From NCBI GenBank assembly GCA_051362555.1, contig CM120649.1, forward strand, positions 12,462,001 through 12,526,000: a DNA stretch of 64,000 nucleotides, written 5' to 3'. The translations under genes and the position numbers were made by a program. Below, piece by piece: positions 47,992 through 63,182 of this stretch (its first letter is position 1; the number at the start of each line of letters is the position of its first letter). Below the pieces are notes generated by a model. It was not told the DNA's origin. It was given only the letters and a program-made list of their open reading frames with translations, and did no database searches. The stretch is from Lingula anatina. Its lineage: Eukaryota > Animalia > Brachiopoda.

Positions 47992-50586
47992 TACATGTAA
48001 TAGTGCTCCAGGGATAAAAATACACTGCAAGCACTGTTAATTTATTTCAGGGTGAAGAAGAACAGGGGTGAGGAAGAACAACAAGTATATTTTACTTTTA
48101 TGTCTTCAAAATATTTAAGCTATTAACCTGTAGAAATTGGGTATCAGAGGTTCACGATATATTTAAAGAAACAGGGATTAGTGAACTGAGACTTTAACCT
48201 ACCAATTACGATGAAAAGAACAGTACATATTCTATCGAGTTATATTTGAGCAGAATTTGCTAGATACAAAACAGCAAGCTATTCTATATATAATAAATAA
48301 TTCAAAAATTGTGGTTATACAAAGATCTCGTTGACCACATTGCCATGCAAACTTACCTCATAAAAGCAATAGCACTGCATTACAAGAGACTGATCAGGCA
48401 ATTAAAACTTTCTTCTCACAAAATTGCCATAGAAACTGATTGCCATCGAATCATCACGTAACCACAAATAAAATGCTCCCATTGTATCGATATTGAAGGC
48501 AAAATTTTTTTTTATTTTGAAATGGCCTAAATACAGTACTCAAAGGGAAAAATTCATAAAAACATATTTTTTCATCAGGCTCCCTAGTTACATTGATTTT
48601 ATGTGTATTTATAAATATATAAACAAATTCTTCCGTAGATATATTTCTGGAGAATCTTAGACCTTATACTGTGCATTTCTCTGCACACGCACAGTGGTGA
48701 TTCGCCATCTTTAACCGCGCACATAATGTCGTTTAAGAAGCTGCATACGGCATCAGTTCCTCTTCCCTCCTTAAATCCAACCTACATGTAGAAGCTGCAG
48801 TGGTAGTGGTATTGGATAGACTGGGGAGAAATTACGGCTTGGATCAGGTTTGGGGTATGTAATAATAATAGTAACTGGCCGGGGGTCTCAGGTTGGGTTT
48901 TAATCCAGATTTTTCCAATATGGGAAATTTCAGTTAGAATGCGAGCGATATAATAGCAACATACCTCATTCTTAACAAAATTGATATGTTCGGCAGTGAT
49001 GCCATTGATTGCCGGAGAACATTTCCATTAAAGACGATCTTTGCTTTCAATGACGTGTTGTTAAGTATGATGTGTCCAAGTTATACAGCGACCGTGCGAT
49101 CATATTATGAGCATAATAACGTTTGGTGATGCGACTGAGCAGCCGATGATATACGACCTTGTTCTGGCCACAAGAGAGCATAATCCACCATAATCCCTTT
49201 ATCATAACCAGCAAATTCATTTGCGAATAAAGCTGAGTTCGGATTAATTAATAGTATGGCACTTGTTAAGTTTTGTCCACATTTGGCTTCATTTCTCGCT
49301 AAAGACAGCTTATTTCTATGTTAGTTAATTATATTTGGGAGAGAGAGCGGCAACGTTTCCTGAATGCTTTGCACTTTTGTAGCGGTTATGAATCATGCCA
49401 CTCCGAGTTGGCTGAGATGTGGCATATTAAGGCCGCAGTCACAACCCCCTCCCACACTCGCTGGCCCCTTGAACCGCTTTTAATTTACGAAAAATCAAAC
49501 CCGTCAGTATGCAGTTTATCTCATCATTTGTTTTATCGTGATGTAAAAAGTCAAATGCTGGTAGAAGCAGCTTATTAACTGGCAGTATATTGCATTATTT
49601 ATATCATTGCCCCATTTAATTGAATTTTAGATTGTGTCGTTCAATCATATTTGACGTGGAGTTAGAAGATCCGCTAATGTTCATGTCAATAGACAATCGA
49701 AGGGGGGGGGGGTGGGGGGTGGGGTGGAAAAGTTCCCCTGGTCTGTAGGTCCAATTATTTTCACGCTTCTATATCTTACCGGCCTGTGCATATACAAAAA
49801 AAAAAGATAACAAAAGAAAGGTAAATAGATTTATAAAATAAAATATAATAAATAAATAAAATGATTATATAATAAATTCGAAATGGTGTAACCTGTTTCA
49901 ATATGTAAGATTCAGCGCAAGAATCAATTTTAATTCAAACCCAGTTTTTATTAATATTTTTACTTATAATTATACAGATTTATTTTAATATCAAAATCGT
50001 CTTCTCTGCCTATAGAAATACCATACACGGCGCATAGCTGTAATATTACTGCTGAATGAAAACTATACACAGGGATGGCACCATAGCATAAGCTATACAT
50101 ATGTGCTCATCTGAGGGTGTATTAGCAAACTCAAAACCAAATTCAATAAAAACAAAATACCTAACTACCTTAAAATTTCGAACAAGATCACATGCACACT
50201 ACCCTCACACTTACTACTGAGTCTGATGACATATTATGCTCGTTATGTGGAGCAATTCACTTCATCAAGGTGTGGACCCATTATGAGGAACACAGGTGTA
50301 AGCCTTACCAAATAGCAGGCAGATCCGACCCACTGTTTGCTAATTCTTGTAACAATGGAAAATTCATAAAGCTTATATGGCATGTGAACTGGTTCTGAAC
50401 AGGCCCCTATATACAATAAAGGACAGAAATAAATGTAATACTTCTACTAAATTTCGAACAAGCTCACAGAACCTTCGGATAGAAACCGGTCGGCATAAAT
50501 ATAATGAACTGTGATCTACCGCTGAGCCGGGTGTCTCTTAATTGCGCAATACACTGCAATACAGTGCAACACAGTGCAATACACCG

Positions 50587-50632
<46 letters not shown>

Positions 50633-51747
50633 AGTCCAGTCGCAGGTTAACACGGGAAACGGTCATTCCAAACAAAATAGGGTGAAATAAAAGCGAAATA
50701 TATCACTAGGTTATTGATATCTTTAATACAAGTCAACAAATCAGCATGACTTGTTTATCTTCAGGACGGCCGCCATGTTGGCAAGTGGCTCTTCTTGTAT
50801 TGCTGTGCATTGCACTATTAGGCGCACTTCACCGAGCCTGCCGATAGGTCATGCACGTTGTGTGATCAGCACGTGCTACCATTATGAAGGATTTCGATAT
50901 GAGCTATAACAAACTGTAGGGAAATCAGACACATTGTCTGATATTTCTTTCCACAAAGAATTATTTTAAGCTTGTGGCATGTGAAAGTAAGGGGCCACTA
51001 TTATTGTGCTGCCCACGTTTTTACAAGAACCCCCGGGCTGCACTGAATCCATACTCTATCATTGTTTTATTTACTTATTCAATTAAGGAATGGAGTGATT
51101 TTTCTTCTTTCAACTGCTTAATATTGAATTTTTTTTACCTCCAATATGTCGATGTCAAGCAGAACATCTTCATCAGGGAATGAAGCTATCCAGGTGAATA
51201 GCCTCTATGCAGGAGCTACATGTATACATGCCCCCCAACCACCTATTGTTTCACTAATGAATGAGCTGATGAAATTCTTCTCTGTCCATTGAGGGAATTT
51301 ACACAAGAAGTGTCTTATAATGTAGTTATTATATTTTAGCTTAGTGTTTTGAATTGTTACCAACTGTCATGTTCTTATGTATTTTGTGTATTTGTACGTA
51401 TACAATACCCTCTACCAGTTGAAAATGACAATCTATCTAGCTAGAGACATATCTGTGAATATCCGTAAAAACCTATCAGTCGCCCTGGTAGAGGGTACGT
51501 ATACAATATCATATAACGCTTAGGGCCGTATTATTTATTCAATGCACTGACATTAATTTTTTCTTCGTGGTAAGTCACCAAGGTGACATTGAAGGAATTG
51601 TACATAAGTCAATGTTTCCCTAGCTGTGAAATGATCGGGCTCGTTCGTATCTCGAACTTGGTAAGAGAAGTGATCAATGGGACGTAATTTGCGAAGTCAA
51701 AATATATATCTCACAGCTGACAACCGAGAAACTGACATTTTGTTTAA

Positions 51748-52589
51748 GAGCTTGTCCACGAGAGAACCAGCCCAGGGTGGCAAGGTGGGGGTCAGCGGAT
51801 TTCAACCAAATTTGTTGTATGGAGGCATATTAGGAAGTTATTCATGAGTTAGGAAGGAATCCCAAAAATATCTTTTCTTCAGAGAATTATAGCCTATTAT
51901 AAGTCATGGCTTATGTGGCCTCTTTGAGACTCCATTTTTACCTTGGAAAAATAATGATAAATTTTGTGTAAATTAAACAAAAATGGAGAAAACTAAAAAA
52001 TATTAGACCTTACAAACATTGAAAACAATCATTTGGCTTGCCACAGATATATGTAGAATTCAGATAAGACCCTGCTTGGGCGAGCCACACCCATTTATAA
52101 CACCCCTCCCCCCAAAGTCCAATTTTGACACTACCATCTTTAATTGCATATATCTCCATCTTCACAGGGTTTACAGCTATAAAACTGCATGAATATTTTA
52201 GGCAGATATGGATCACTCCAAATCAAGTTTCAAAAGTTACTGCTGTATTAAAACAGGTACTGAAAAATACCCCCAAAGTTGGCCATTTTTAAGGCAAAAA
52301 ATCGTGGTGGATTCATTCAAGTCTATGTAGACAATGGGTTTGATTAATTTATTAAAACATTTTGCTCTACAATGTTGTTACTAAATTAATAGGGCTGGTG
52401 AGCATGGAAAGTGGATGTGTTCTAATGAATATCAGGTCAGTGGGTCATAGGTCAAGGTCATTGGGCTTCATTTTTGTAAATTGTCATATATGGACTTTTT
52501 CATTTGTATGGACAAAAAGTAAAGAGGAAATAAATCTTAGATTCTATTACTTTGGATAAGCACTGGCAATTAACTTGAGAGTTTACATG

Positions 52590-52634
<45 letters not shown>

Positions 52635-55312
52635 TCAATTTGGTGAATACAAATTAAAATCTTAGTTTAGTGAAGATTTCTTTTTGGTGCAATATTTATC
52701 ATTTAGAGATCCGGATATGCCTTATAGTATTTATGAGATCAAAGCCAGAACAAATCTTTTTTTTAATTTTCAAAAGTTTTTTTTAATCATCCACACCACT
52801 TTTTGGTGACTATTTATGAGCAAACAGTAACTAAAAAATATTCAAATTAGTTTATTTTTGTCTCAGATGAATAATTACAAATAATAAAAAAATCACAAAA
52901 TTATAATACAGCAATACATGCAAAGCAGTGCAACATTAGTTGTGATCATTACAACCTATATCATAATGTAAGGTCTAGCAAAACAAGATAATTCCATTCA
53001 AAAAGCAAAACTAACACAACTGCAAAATATATCCTGGTGTTATGAAACATCTTAACAGTTTTATATCAAACATTACAGCTCATAACATCAAAGTTTATAA
53101 TACATTCAAAAATAACTGCCGATTTTTTCTTCCTGAATAGTCTGTAACCCTCCTTACTGACATTTCAATCTCATCTTCATGCTCACAAATGCTAGGTTCT
53201 GCTGGCCTGTTTCTTGTGCCCTTCTAAACTCCTTCAGTAAAAACTCCTTTACTTTATTTGAATATAGTTTAGAGTTCTCTAGGTATAGTCCCAGTTGGTA
53301 CATTTGCCACAGAAAAACCCAAATTAACTTTAACATCAGTATCACTCATATTAAAACTGCTCAAGGAAGAGAGACACCTTTTCTCATGTTGTAGGAATCA
53401 AGAAAGCCAAATTGTTGTAATTGGACACTCCAGTCCACGCAGGTTTGGAAAATGTCTGTCTAGCTGGATGTAGAAAATGGCAGCAAAAGCGCACCCCTCC
53501 ACTCCATCTGCAGAAACTAAGGACACATGCATCTCCTCAGCATTTGTTATATTGTGGCTTTCATTTACATACATGCCTTTCTACAACATCCATCATTTCC
53601 ACACTAGTTTCAGTTTCTGCAAGGCTTTGGACTCTTTTGCTGACCATAAGATCACTGTGTGTCAAATAAAACCTCTCAAATGTGCCTGAAATATAAATAT
53701 AGCTTACTATAGACACATGAAAACACTTATCTCAAAGTTAATTGATACGTTGATGAAAAATAAATTATTATCCCATGTGTCAATGTTTTATAGGTAAGAC
53801 ATGGTTTCGAATATAAATTATGATGAGACTAGCAATTTTGCCAAGACCAGCCCTAACTTCAATCTAATTCCAATTGTTACCCTTAAATTTATTTTACCCA
53901 AATACCCTTAAACCAACCTAAATACCTACACAAATCTTAAAAGATAGAATTATCACAGGTCCTTAGGCTGCATGAAATTTCATTATTTGAAAGGGGGCAT
54001 TTTTCTTTAAGAAAAAAAAAAAAAAGAAAAAAATGGACCGTTTACCATTAAAAAATTGCACCTAGATCATTTTTCTGAGTGACCTTTTTTCTGGCTTTTA
54101 GCCTGTATTAAAATACAAACAAACCCGTTTCTTACCTGAACCAAGTGGCACCAGTAATATTCAAATGGCTTTTTGTCTACACTGACATCTGCAAGTTAAT
54201 CCCATGACATATTTCGTTATAGGCTCGTTTTTCCCTGTGTGGATGGTTTCCAGCACAAACCAAGCCCATATCCCTATGCTGGTCACATGGTGTAACCCAT
54301 TCATTCTCCCAAAGATACTTGAAAATGTCCAATTGCGGTCATCGGAGACAAAAGAGTCCACACCTGACAAGAATCAGTTTGCTTTCGTAACTCACGCTGT
54401 TTTGCTTCACGTAAACGCGACAAAGACGACTGTTAATATCTCTGTTGCAGTTTTTCAATACACTACATGTTTTTTCATATCTGTAGACACAGTATAAACC
54501 ACATGATATACGACTTCGGTGAGGAAGATTTGCAAAGAAACGCTTTCCGCCATGTTGGATAATCACGCTGTGTTGTTCTGTCGTTAGTACATTAGTTTCA
54601 CATGATTTTAAAATGTGTTAGATGCTTGTTTTAACCAGAAAAAAATTAGAATAAGTAAAATGAAGATATAAAGCTCAACTGACAGTGTTTTAAACCATTT
54701 GTTGACTTGAAAGAGATAGCTGAAGTTGAGTGCACCGATATATGTGTCCAGATATATTTACGAAAAATGAAGAAATTAGGTAATGTTCTATCTCTTACAA
54801 CGGACAAGTTGTAGAACAGCAGTAAGTTTTGATTTCATGTATAAATAGATTAATGAGTTATCTGTTAGTCCTGAACACGCTTTACCCCAAAGACCTGTGA
54901 ATATGAAGATATTGTCAAAAATAGAAGGGGGGTGTTCAAAGCATGTGGTTCGTAGCTCTGAGAAAAACGTTTAGTTTGTTACCATGGAAACAAAGAGGGT
55001 GAAAAAAATGTATATCATTTTAATCCCCTATCTTTAGGTTATAACATATCACCAAACTAAATCATTAAGTGACACCTGTATAAACTGTAAGGCCAATCAA
55101 TATAACCCTGTTTTTCAGATTAATTTTTGGTTGATTAACCCCCCAAATTGTGACTGCCCATATCTCTGTAGGTAGGGATTTTTTTCAGGAAATATTGCAG
55201 CCTCAGATATTGTTCATATAAAAGTTCAAACACACCAAATATGGTGTAAATCCGTTCACCCCCGCCTTGCCGCATTTTCTACATTTGGTCTGGTTTTCTC
55301 GTGGACACACAC
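51748..55312 (-). mobile_element. 3.6-kb TTAA-targeting DNA transposon remnant (Sola3-like) in the 5' leader of protease copy 3
   Basis: ttaa|GAGCTTGTCCACGAGAGAACCAG ... CTGGTTTTCTCGTGGACACACAC|ttaa. Decayed, spliced Cys/His-containing coding remnants on the minus strand (about 53150-54560). The superfamily is inferred from the TTAA target and GAG terminus. Confidence 0.7.
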
Positions 55313-55327
55313 TTAAGAACTGCAATC

Positions 55328-58300
55328 ATGAAATTTTCTTTGCCTTTTGCCTTCGTGCTTTGTACGCTCATCGCGTCAGAGACGGTGTATGCCAATGACA
55401 ATGAGGAAAAGCTGGGGAAAAATCCGAAGAACATGAAAAGAGATAGCATCAATGAAATTTATATGGAGATGAGGCTGAACGGACTACTCCTCGAGGAGGA
55501 GGGCAACGGTAAGTATAAAAGGTTTGATAAATAAATGAAACCTGTATCTCACAGTTCTGTAGTGAAGGGGGAGGGGGGCGGTCAAACGAACCCCCCTTTT
55601 GCCGGATAAAAGGTCCGCTGTTTGGTTCGTGGTAAAAGATTCATGGTAAAAGGTCCACTTGAATAAAAAAAAAAAAAAGATTTCAGCCCTTTGAAATTGC
55701 TTGGTATTATTTGTAGTCTCATTCACACTACGACAAAATCTGTCATACTGGAGAAATGTAAGGTTCCCCTCTGTCTGGCATATTTCTCATCATCGTTGTT
55801 GTTCCTGTTGCAAAAGTCATATTTGTGTCTATTAAATCGAGGAGTTTCCGAAAAAAAAAAAAAAAAACTCGCCTACGTGGAAGTTGACTTTTTGAACCAT
55901 AAGGTAAAGGATGTCTCTGTGACAAAGTTGTAAGGCTGTGGTTTATAGAGAGATTAATCCAGATTTAACAGTCTTGGATACGCACAATAAAGTTAAAGGA
56001 GTTGAAAAAATATCGTTGCAACTCGGTACAGATTGTCATCGCATGACTTGGCAGTAGAGAAGGGCCGCTGGTCCCTTTAGAGAATTGGGAATGTATCTGT
56101 GGTGTTGTTCAAAAAGCGAAACATTTTTTGTGTTTTTGTCCCATCACACTGTATACACGAGAATTTTGCGTTAGATTTCAGGTCGGTAGAACATCTTTGG
56201 AACAGCAAGTCCATGCGTAGTATTTGCAGTAAACGGCTTGTTTTCCTTATGTTATCAAAGAACAATTTTTTAGTTTGCCCAGCCTTTCACTGAATAAGTA
56301 ACTTCTAAATTTATCAATTTCATGACATCCAAAAGTTTAAAAGAATCTTTAATTAGTTAACTTTATGTGCCATGAATGTAATTTATTTTATTTTAGCTGA
56401 GTAGGTAGGTTATAAGTGTCTTCAGAACGAATACTTTTATAATCAGTTTGCGGGGCAAGTTCAAAAAGCGAGGGGAGAGTGACACAAGGTTTCTCAATTA
56501 AATGAGAAGCCATATTTTAATTAAAAAGTGTTAAAATTATATAAAGAAACAGTCCTGTTCTATACCATTCACCTTGTTCAATCAGTTCAAGTTAACACCC
56601 TTTGCCCAGAAGCCATTGAGCACTCCTTCTGGGAGTCGACTTTAGCATAAGTATAATTGAATTAAAGTGATTGTTCAGGAACCCTCCTGGCCGGAAAGCC
56701 AATGTACCCGGTACTATGTAACTGTATATGTAAAGATATTTAAAAATAGAATTAAATGAAGGGGTAAGTACTCGATAGTACATGAGGATACTCTTAATTG
56801 ACCTTTAGAAAGCAAAACATGACCTTATATCATATCAATTATTTTGCGTTTCCAGTACCGCTGATGTTTGCTCCAGAAGACGCTGTCGTTCCCAACCAGT
56901 ACATTGTAAAAATGCGACCTAGTGGCGATTACAACCAAAGTAGGTACACCACTTTCAATTGTTAAAAAAATCAATTCATTACGATTAATTCAGTTTTATG
57001 CCCGTGTGGCAGGAGTCTAATATCGTTTAATACATTACCATCGTGAATCGGTCTAAGGTACTTATGAACCAAGCATCGGTGGAGCGTGGATTCCCAGTGA
57101 CGCATATACTTCTACTAGATTCTTGTACGGCTTAAATAAATTCGACATACCAAGGGATTAACTGAATAAATCACTCTATCAACCATAAAAGAGCTTTAGA
57201 CTGCTCCTTTCTTTAATTTTTTGGTCGTAAATTTAACCTACTTATGTGACCTATTTATCTACCCCGTTTATATACGGCATAGAAAGCTAGCAGAAAATTT
57301 TGTTCAAATATCATTTTTCGGATAATATTAAACAATGTCTTTAGTAATTCTCTTAGTTGTACTATTTGAAACTATATGCTGGCATTTGGTCAACTTTTGT
57401 GGCAAAACATTGACGTCGTATGCATCTGTAAAAAGTATCTTGTTTCACATGTAATATACATTCTACGTACCCATTTTACAGTTACAATTAACAGTTTTGC
57501 ACTCCTTACAGTTCTTACCATCCTGGGTGGTAGAGGCTCCCCAAAAAGACTGGATATCAGTGAGGGCATCGTCTACGTTATACTTAAGGATATAAATGAC
57601 AGGTATTGGTATTTTATTCTTTCACTCATGCCTTTTCCACGAAGAACTCTGCTTCAGACTGTAACGGGCGTTTGATTTTGATGTAAGATTAATCGATTTT
57701 TGATTTTTACCTTACATTCCTTACAGTTTTAGTAATATTTTATTAATCATTTTATCCAATATCGTTATGCAGGCACCATACTGTAGTTCAAGTTTTCTGA
57801 GATGTATGGTTGAAATTCAACTTTTGTGAAGAAATTCTACACAGATTTACATGTATTTCAAATATGCACACTTTGTCCGGACCGATGTCATTTATTATCG
57901 TTGCTGAAGTACTTCAAATCTTCACTAGTGACCTCCAAAAGCTTCGCAAGCTTACTGATCACATTGAAGAAATTGAAGAAGATACAAAAGTGTCGTTAGA
58001 TAGTTACCATCGTGAAGGGCCTTTCGATGCCAGTTTAACATGGGTAAATATCACTGGGTCTGTGCAGGCGTATGTTACAGTTTCTAGCGTGTGCGCGTTA
58101 AAGAGATAACAACTGTTCGTGTTGGCCAAAATACTGATTTTCCAGGGGTAACCGACAACTTTCCCCATACTTACCAATGGTTAATGAATTCCGACATTCA
58201 AAGTTAGCCTTTTTTCTAAAAAACTTAGCTTACGGTCAACCTGCGGTCGGTGAGTAACAACATCTACTCTAATAAATAAATTAATTTTTGGATATTTCGT

Positions 58301-60018
58301 TTCTTTTATTTTATGCAGGGTGTAGACAGAATAGACTACGAGAAGAATGATGACCTTTTCTTTACCTGGGGGGTGGGCAACGGGATAGACGCCTACGTCG
58401 TTGACACCGGAATTAACCCTGATCATATGGACTTCGGGGGAAGAGTGTCGGCAGGTAAAGGAAATTTAACTGGAAGAACATGAGAGAGAGAGAGAGAGAG
58501 AGAGATGTGAGAGAGATTTGGTGGTGTTGGTGTGTATAATAATAATTAAGGTTTTTAAAGAGGGTAAAACATGTTTAGTGTATATACTTATCTTACACAT
58601 GGCCCTCTGAGGGGTTAAAATAAAATATTGTGTAAATGAATAAAAGAAATATATTAATCTAATCAAATGAATATTGTAATAAAACTGAAACAAATTAAAT
58701 AATAATAGTAATACGAATAAAGCAAGCAAACAAACAAAAACATTATGTTAGTAAAAATCTAAAAGCTATATAACTTAATAAGTATATACATGAAATTTAT
58801 GTTTGATTATTTTAATAATCAAACATAAATTTTATGTTTATACTTATTAAGTTTAAAAAACGATTTTTGAAAGTATCCGAGACTTTGAAGTGTCTAATTT
58901 CAGAGTTAATGCAGTTATATATTTTAATCGAAGTCCATATTGGACATTTAGTTAGTATATCTTTATGTCTACCAATTGGTAAATAGAGACTCCCTTATTA
59001 CTTGATCTTGGGATTCTGCCTGTAGTGTTTCCAAGGTTGTAGTACGCAGTATGTCCCCAATATATTTTGGTGAAAGTCCATGTAAAGATTTTAAAAACTA
59101 GTGTTGGTTTCTGAAATTCTATCCGTTCATAAAATTTTTGCCAGTTTAGTTTCTTGAATAGTTTATTTGATGGATAGTTCTTGGCTTCCCCTTGTGTGAT
59201 ATCGAGAATGATTCTTGCACCACGTTTTTGAAATATGCACAAGACAGAAATCAGAAGATGGCTTTTCTCACCAAAGTTCTGTGAATTGTATTTCAGGGTG
59301 GCACGCAGGTTCATTTGCCGATAGTAGAGACTACATGGGGCACGGCACCCATGTGGCCAGTACCTTAGGTGGCGCCACCTATGGAGTAGCCAAGGAGGTG
59401 AACCTCATCCCCGTCAAGGTATGCAGCCACTCTTGTACAGAATCGGAGATCCTGGATGGGCTAAACTGGGTAAAGACACAGGTACTACTATACAAGCGTC
59501 TGTCAGTAATAAATATGTCCCTTAGTGGTCCAAAACGCCCGTCCTTCAACAACGTTGTGAACGCGGTAATCGATGCAGGCATCCCAACGGTAGTCAGCGC
59601 TGGAAATAGCTACGGGGGCGATGCATGTGCCAGATCCCCTGCGAGCGTAGGCAGGGCCCTCACGGTTGGAGCCACCCGGATAGGTGATTTCGTGGCTGGA
59701 TTTAGTGACATCGGACCGTGCGTCGATATTTACGCTCCAGGGGAGAACATCAAGGCCGCTTACTATGGAAACAACCACGGTTCGACCCTGAAAAGTGGGA
59801 CCTCAATGTCCGCACCTCACGTCGCCGGTGCAGTCGCGGGTATGCTGCAGGTCGTTCGCGATGCTGGGTACTACACGGAACCGTCGCAAGACGTTGTGGA
59901 CAAGATTAACCGTTACATAATCAAGTACGCGGAGAAGGGTACCGTCCTTGGACTCCCAGGGTTGAACAACAACAACTTTATGCTTCAGGTCTCCGGTCTG
60001 TATACTGTGCAGACTTAA
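55328..60018 (+). CDS. Secreted S8A subtilisin-like protease, copy 3, 442 aa
   Basis: Exons 55328-55508, 56856-56939, 57512-57602, 57929-58043, 58319-58454, 59297-60018 are in frame (1329 nt). Motifs YVVDTG, GHGTHVA, SAGN, SGTSMS. Confidence 0.92.
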
Positions 60019-60679
60019 TCAGGCGTGCCTGAAAATACGCCCTTGCTAAAAATGATGGAGTATCTCAAACAAAACATTACTTCTTCGTTTTAAATATGTT
60101 AAAACTAAGTCGCAAGTGGTTCACTGTAATTTCATCTTCTTCCTTCAATTTACATTATATTTGATAATTTTTTTTATCCCTTTCCGTTCTTAATGGCAAT
60201 TAGCTATATATTTAGTAAATTATCGGCAATTAATAGGGAAAAGCAACTGTATTGTTGAAAAGAAACATGGATTGGAGAGCAGGGTCGTAGCCTGAGCAAA
60301 ATGCCAGGGCGGGCGGCAGTAAGCGGACACGAGGGGGCGAAGCCCCCAAGGGAGGAGGTTGTGGGAGGGGGTGTCCCCCTGCCACGGTGTGGAATTTTTT
60401 TAAAAACTGTTTGTATAATACTGCATTCTGGTGCATTTTAACTGTTAGAAATTGTGGGTTCATTTTGCCATAAGTACAGTCATTTTTTCAACACAGCACG
60501 CCAATTGGACTTTTTGGCATGAACTGAGTTGGCTAAAAACAGTACACCTTGTTGAATGATTGCTGAATGATTGTCTAGTGGCCATGAGTGCATTTTCTCA
60601 CAGAATTGATACCAACTTTGCAATTTTTTTTACCTTATACCGAATATTTCGTCTCAGAATGCTGCCGTCTTAAACATGG

Positions 60680-61053
60680 AGGGCGCCATTTATACCTCTA
60701 GATACCAGCTCAACTTGTTTGTTGATGAGTCGCCAGCTGAGATTAGCACCCCGACTACAAAAGGACGCATCATTTTCCTTTTGCTCGCGCCAAGTACGCC
60801 AAATCATCAAAAATTGACCAAGATCCCCTTCAGGCTTAAGGGCGAGGCATTGTCAATCTTCGTTTATGCTGAACAAAATTGACTTTCGGCCGCAAACACT
60901 TGTGACTGCCCCGCCATTCTGCTCAGATCTGTTATACGGGGTCCACAACTCGAACCCATATGTTGTATGCTCCTTTAGAAATTTTGACTTCCTTGACTTT
61001 AAGAACGTTTTTCGGTCATTTTTACAGCCAGGCACATCGAAATTTTGTGACAA
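60680..61053 (-). mobile_element. Possible decayed THAP-domain transposon fragment
   Basis: MSQNFDVPGCKN... resembles a THAP N-terminus; it is inserted in the 3' flank shared with other copies and heavily degraded. Confidence 0.3.
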
Positions 61054-62306
61054 TTTTCACACAATACTTTTTCGGTCAACTCACACAGTACTCTGAAACA
61101 AAAATTGTCTCTAATTTCCGAAATATTCCATCATTTTAGCAAGCGTGTGTGTGTGTGTGTTGCTTTGAATTTACAGCAGTTCCCAATAGAACTTTGCCAA
61201 CGGAATTATGGATGGAAACAATTTCCACAGCAATGACTGTTCAGAATCAAAAACGAACTTGTAATATTTTTTTTAGATTCAAGATAAGGTATAAAACGAG
61301 ATAAAAAAAGACACTTCTGAGCTTTTGAATACCGTAAGTGGAGTGTCGTCTTTGAAACCACGATTTTCCACAGTTGCATGGAAAAAATGCGGTACATTTC
61401 GGACGCAGTACAATGTTAAAGATGCAGGTGTGCTTAACTTTTGACAACAGGTATTTAAATATATGATATTAATGATGTAAAATGGTTGCACGTGATCTAT
61501 CATACACGAATTTCCACAGTTAGCGCAGCAGCCTGTTTGCATTAACACATCTTCACATGGACAACTAAAAGATAGAAATGCTACTCAGAGAAATTTTCCT
61601 CTTGCAAATTCAAATGTGTGCTCTATCTAGCAGGCGAGATGCTATCTTTGCTTTTGTCTTTTTATTCAACTGCTAATAAATTCAAGCATTCACGCAAAGT
61701 TATAATGTTCATATTCCTCTAAATCGACACTGAATTTGCCATTTGTTAACTGCTGTTCAAGTGAAAACCACAAAATATGTTATATTTATAGTGCATTTCA
61801 TTTCATAAAGCCTCACACAACATCGCCATTCATTATTAATGGTTGCACAGCTGATTAAACGGAGACGCTGTTAATCGGCTAGAAGTCTGTTTTGTGGCAT
61901 ATTGCGTCATGAATCCTAGAGAGTTTGCCGGCGTTTGTCCAATATTTTGGGGGTTGATTTAAAACTAAAAAAAAAAAAAAAGACATGGAACCTGAAAGAG
62001 AAAAAATCACCCGTAGGATTATCGAGATAGAAAAGTCTTAAAGGTGGGGGTGATGTCTGACATTACCATTCTTACGTTGATTTCTGATGTTGACTGGGAG
62101 CACGTATATTCTTACTTGTATCAGGTCCATGCATGGTAGCCCCTACTAGTTATTATATTTAGAGCCAGTTGCATTTGCCTGTACATCATCGACATTATCT
62201 GAATTATCTATTATCACTCTCTGATAAACAATTCCATATTCGCCGAAAATCATATCAGTTTGAGGTGGGCGATAATGTTGGCAATGAAATGCACCGTTAA
62301 GCATGA

Positions 62307-62347
<41 letters not shown>

Positions 62348-62998
62348 GTTTCAGATGTAGAACCTATCGGAACGCTAGGAAGCTAGTCCGCTCCCCATCA
62401 CTACATCTGAGGAATGAGGCTATATATGTGAATGGCCTCTATTCTCACCACCTTAATAGCCTCATTTTCTCATTGTCTCACCACCAGGATAGCCTCATTA
62501 CCTGATGAAGACATTCTCCTAGATATCGAAATAATGGATGAAAAAACTTTTTCAATATTAAGCTGTTGACTAAAGAAAAATTTCTTCATTCTTATGACAC
62601 AACACAGCTGATGAAATTCTTCTCTGTCCATTAAGGAAATTTACACCAGAAAGTTCTTATAATGTAGTTCTCATATTTCAGCTAAATTTTTTTGTATTGT
62701 TACCAACTGTCATGTTCTTATATATTTTGTGCATTTGTACGTATACAATATCATTAAACGCCCAAGCGCGTATTATTTATTTAATGCACTGACAACAAAT
62801 TTTTCTTCGTGGTTAGATCACCAAGGTGACATTGAAGAAAATTACTTAAGTCGCTGTTTCCCTAGCTGTGACATAATCGGGCTCTTTCGTATCTCGAGAT
62901 TGGTAAGAGAAGTGATCCACGGGACGTTACTTGTGAAGATAAAATACATTTCTCAAGGCCTACAAACGTGGAACTGACATTTTGGGTGAAGAACTGCA

Positions 62999-63182
62999 AT
63001 GATGAAATTGCCTTTGCTTTTCGCCTTCGTGCTTCTTTCGCTCATCGCGTCAGAGATGGTGTGCGCCAATGAAACTGAGGAAAAGCTGGGAAAAAATCCG
63101 AAGAACATGAAAAGAGATACCATCGATGAAATTTATACGGCGATAAGGCAGGACGGACTACTCTTCGAGGAGGAGGGCAACG
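62999..63182 (+). CDS. S8A protease copy 4, exon 1 only (gene continues beyond the window)
   Basis: MMKLPLLFAFVLLSLIASEMVCANETEEKLGKNPKNMKRD...EEEGN G|gtaagt; close paralog of copy 3 exon 1 and intron 1. Confidence 0.85.

Noticed and set aside
50530-50830. MULE-like MITE containing a long poly(A)
   Set aside because: The inverted ends and putative 9-bp TSD are too degenerate to call.
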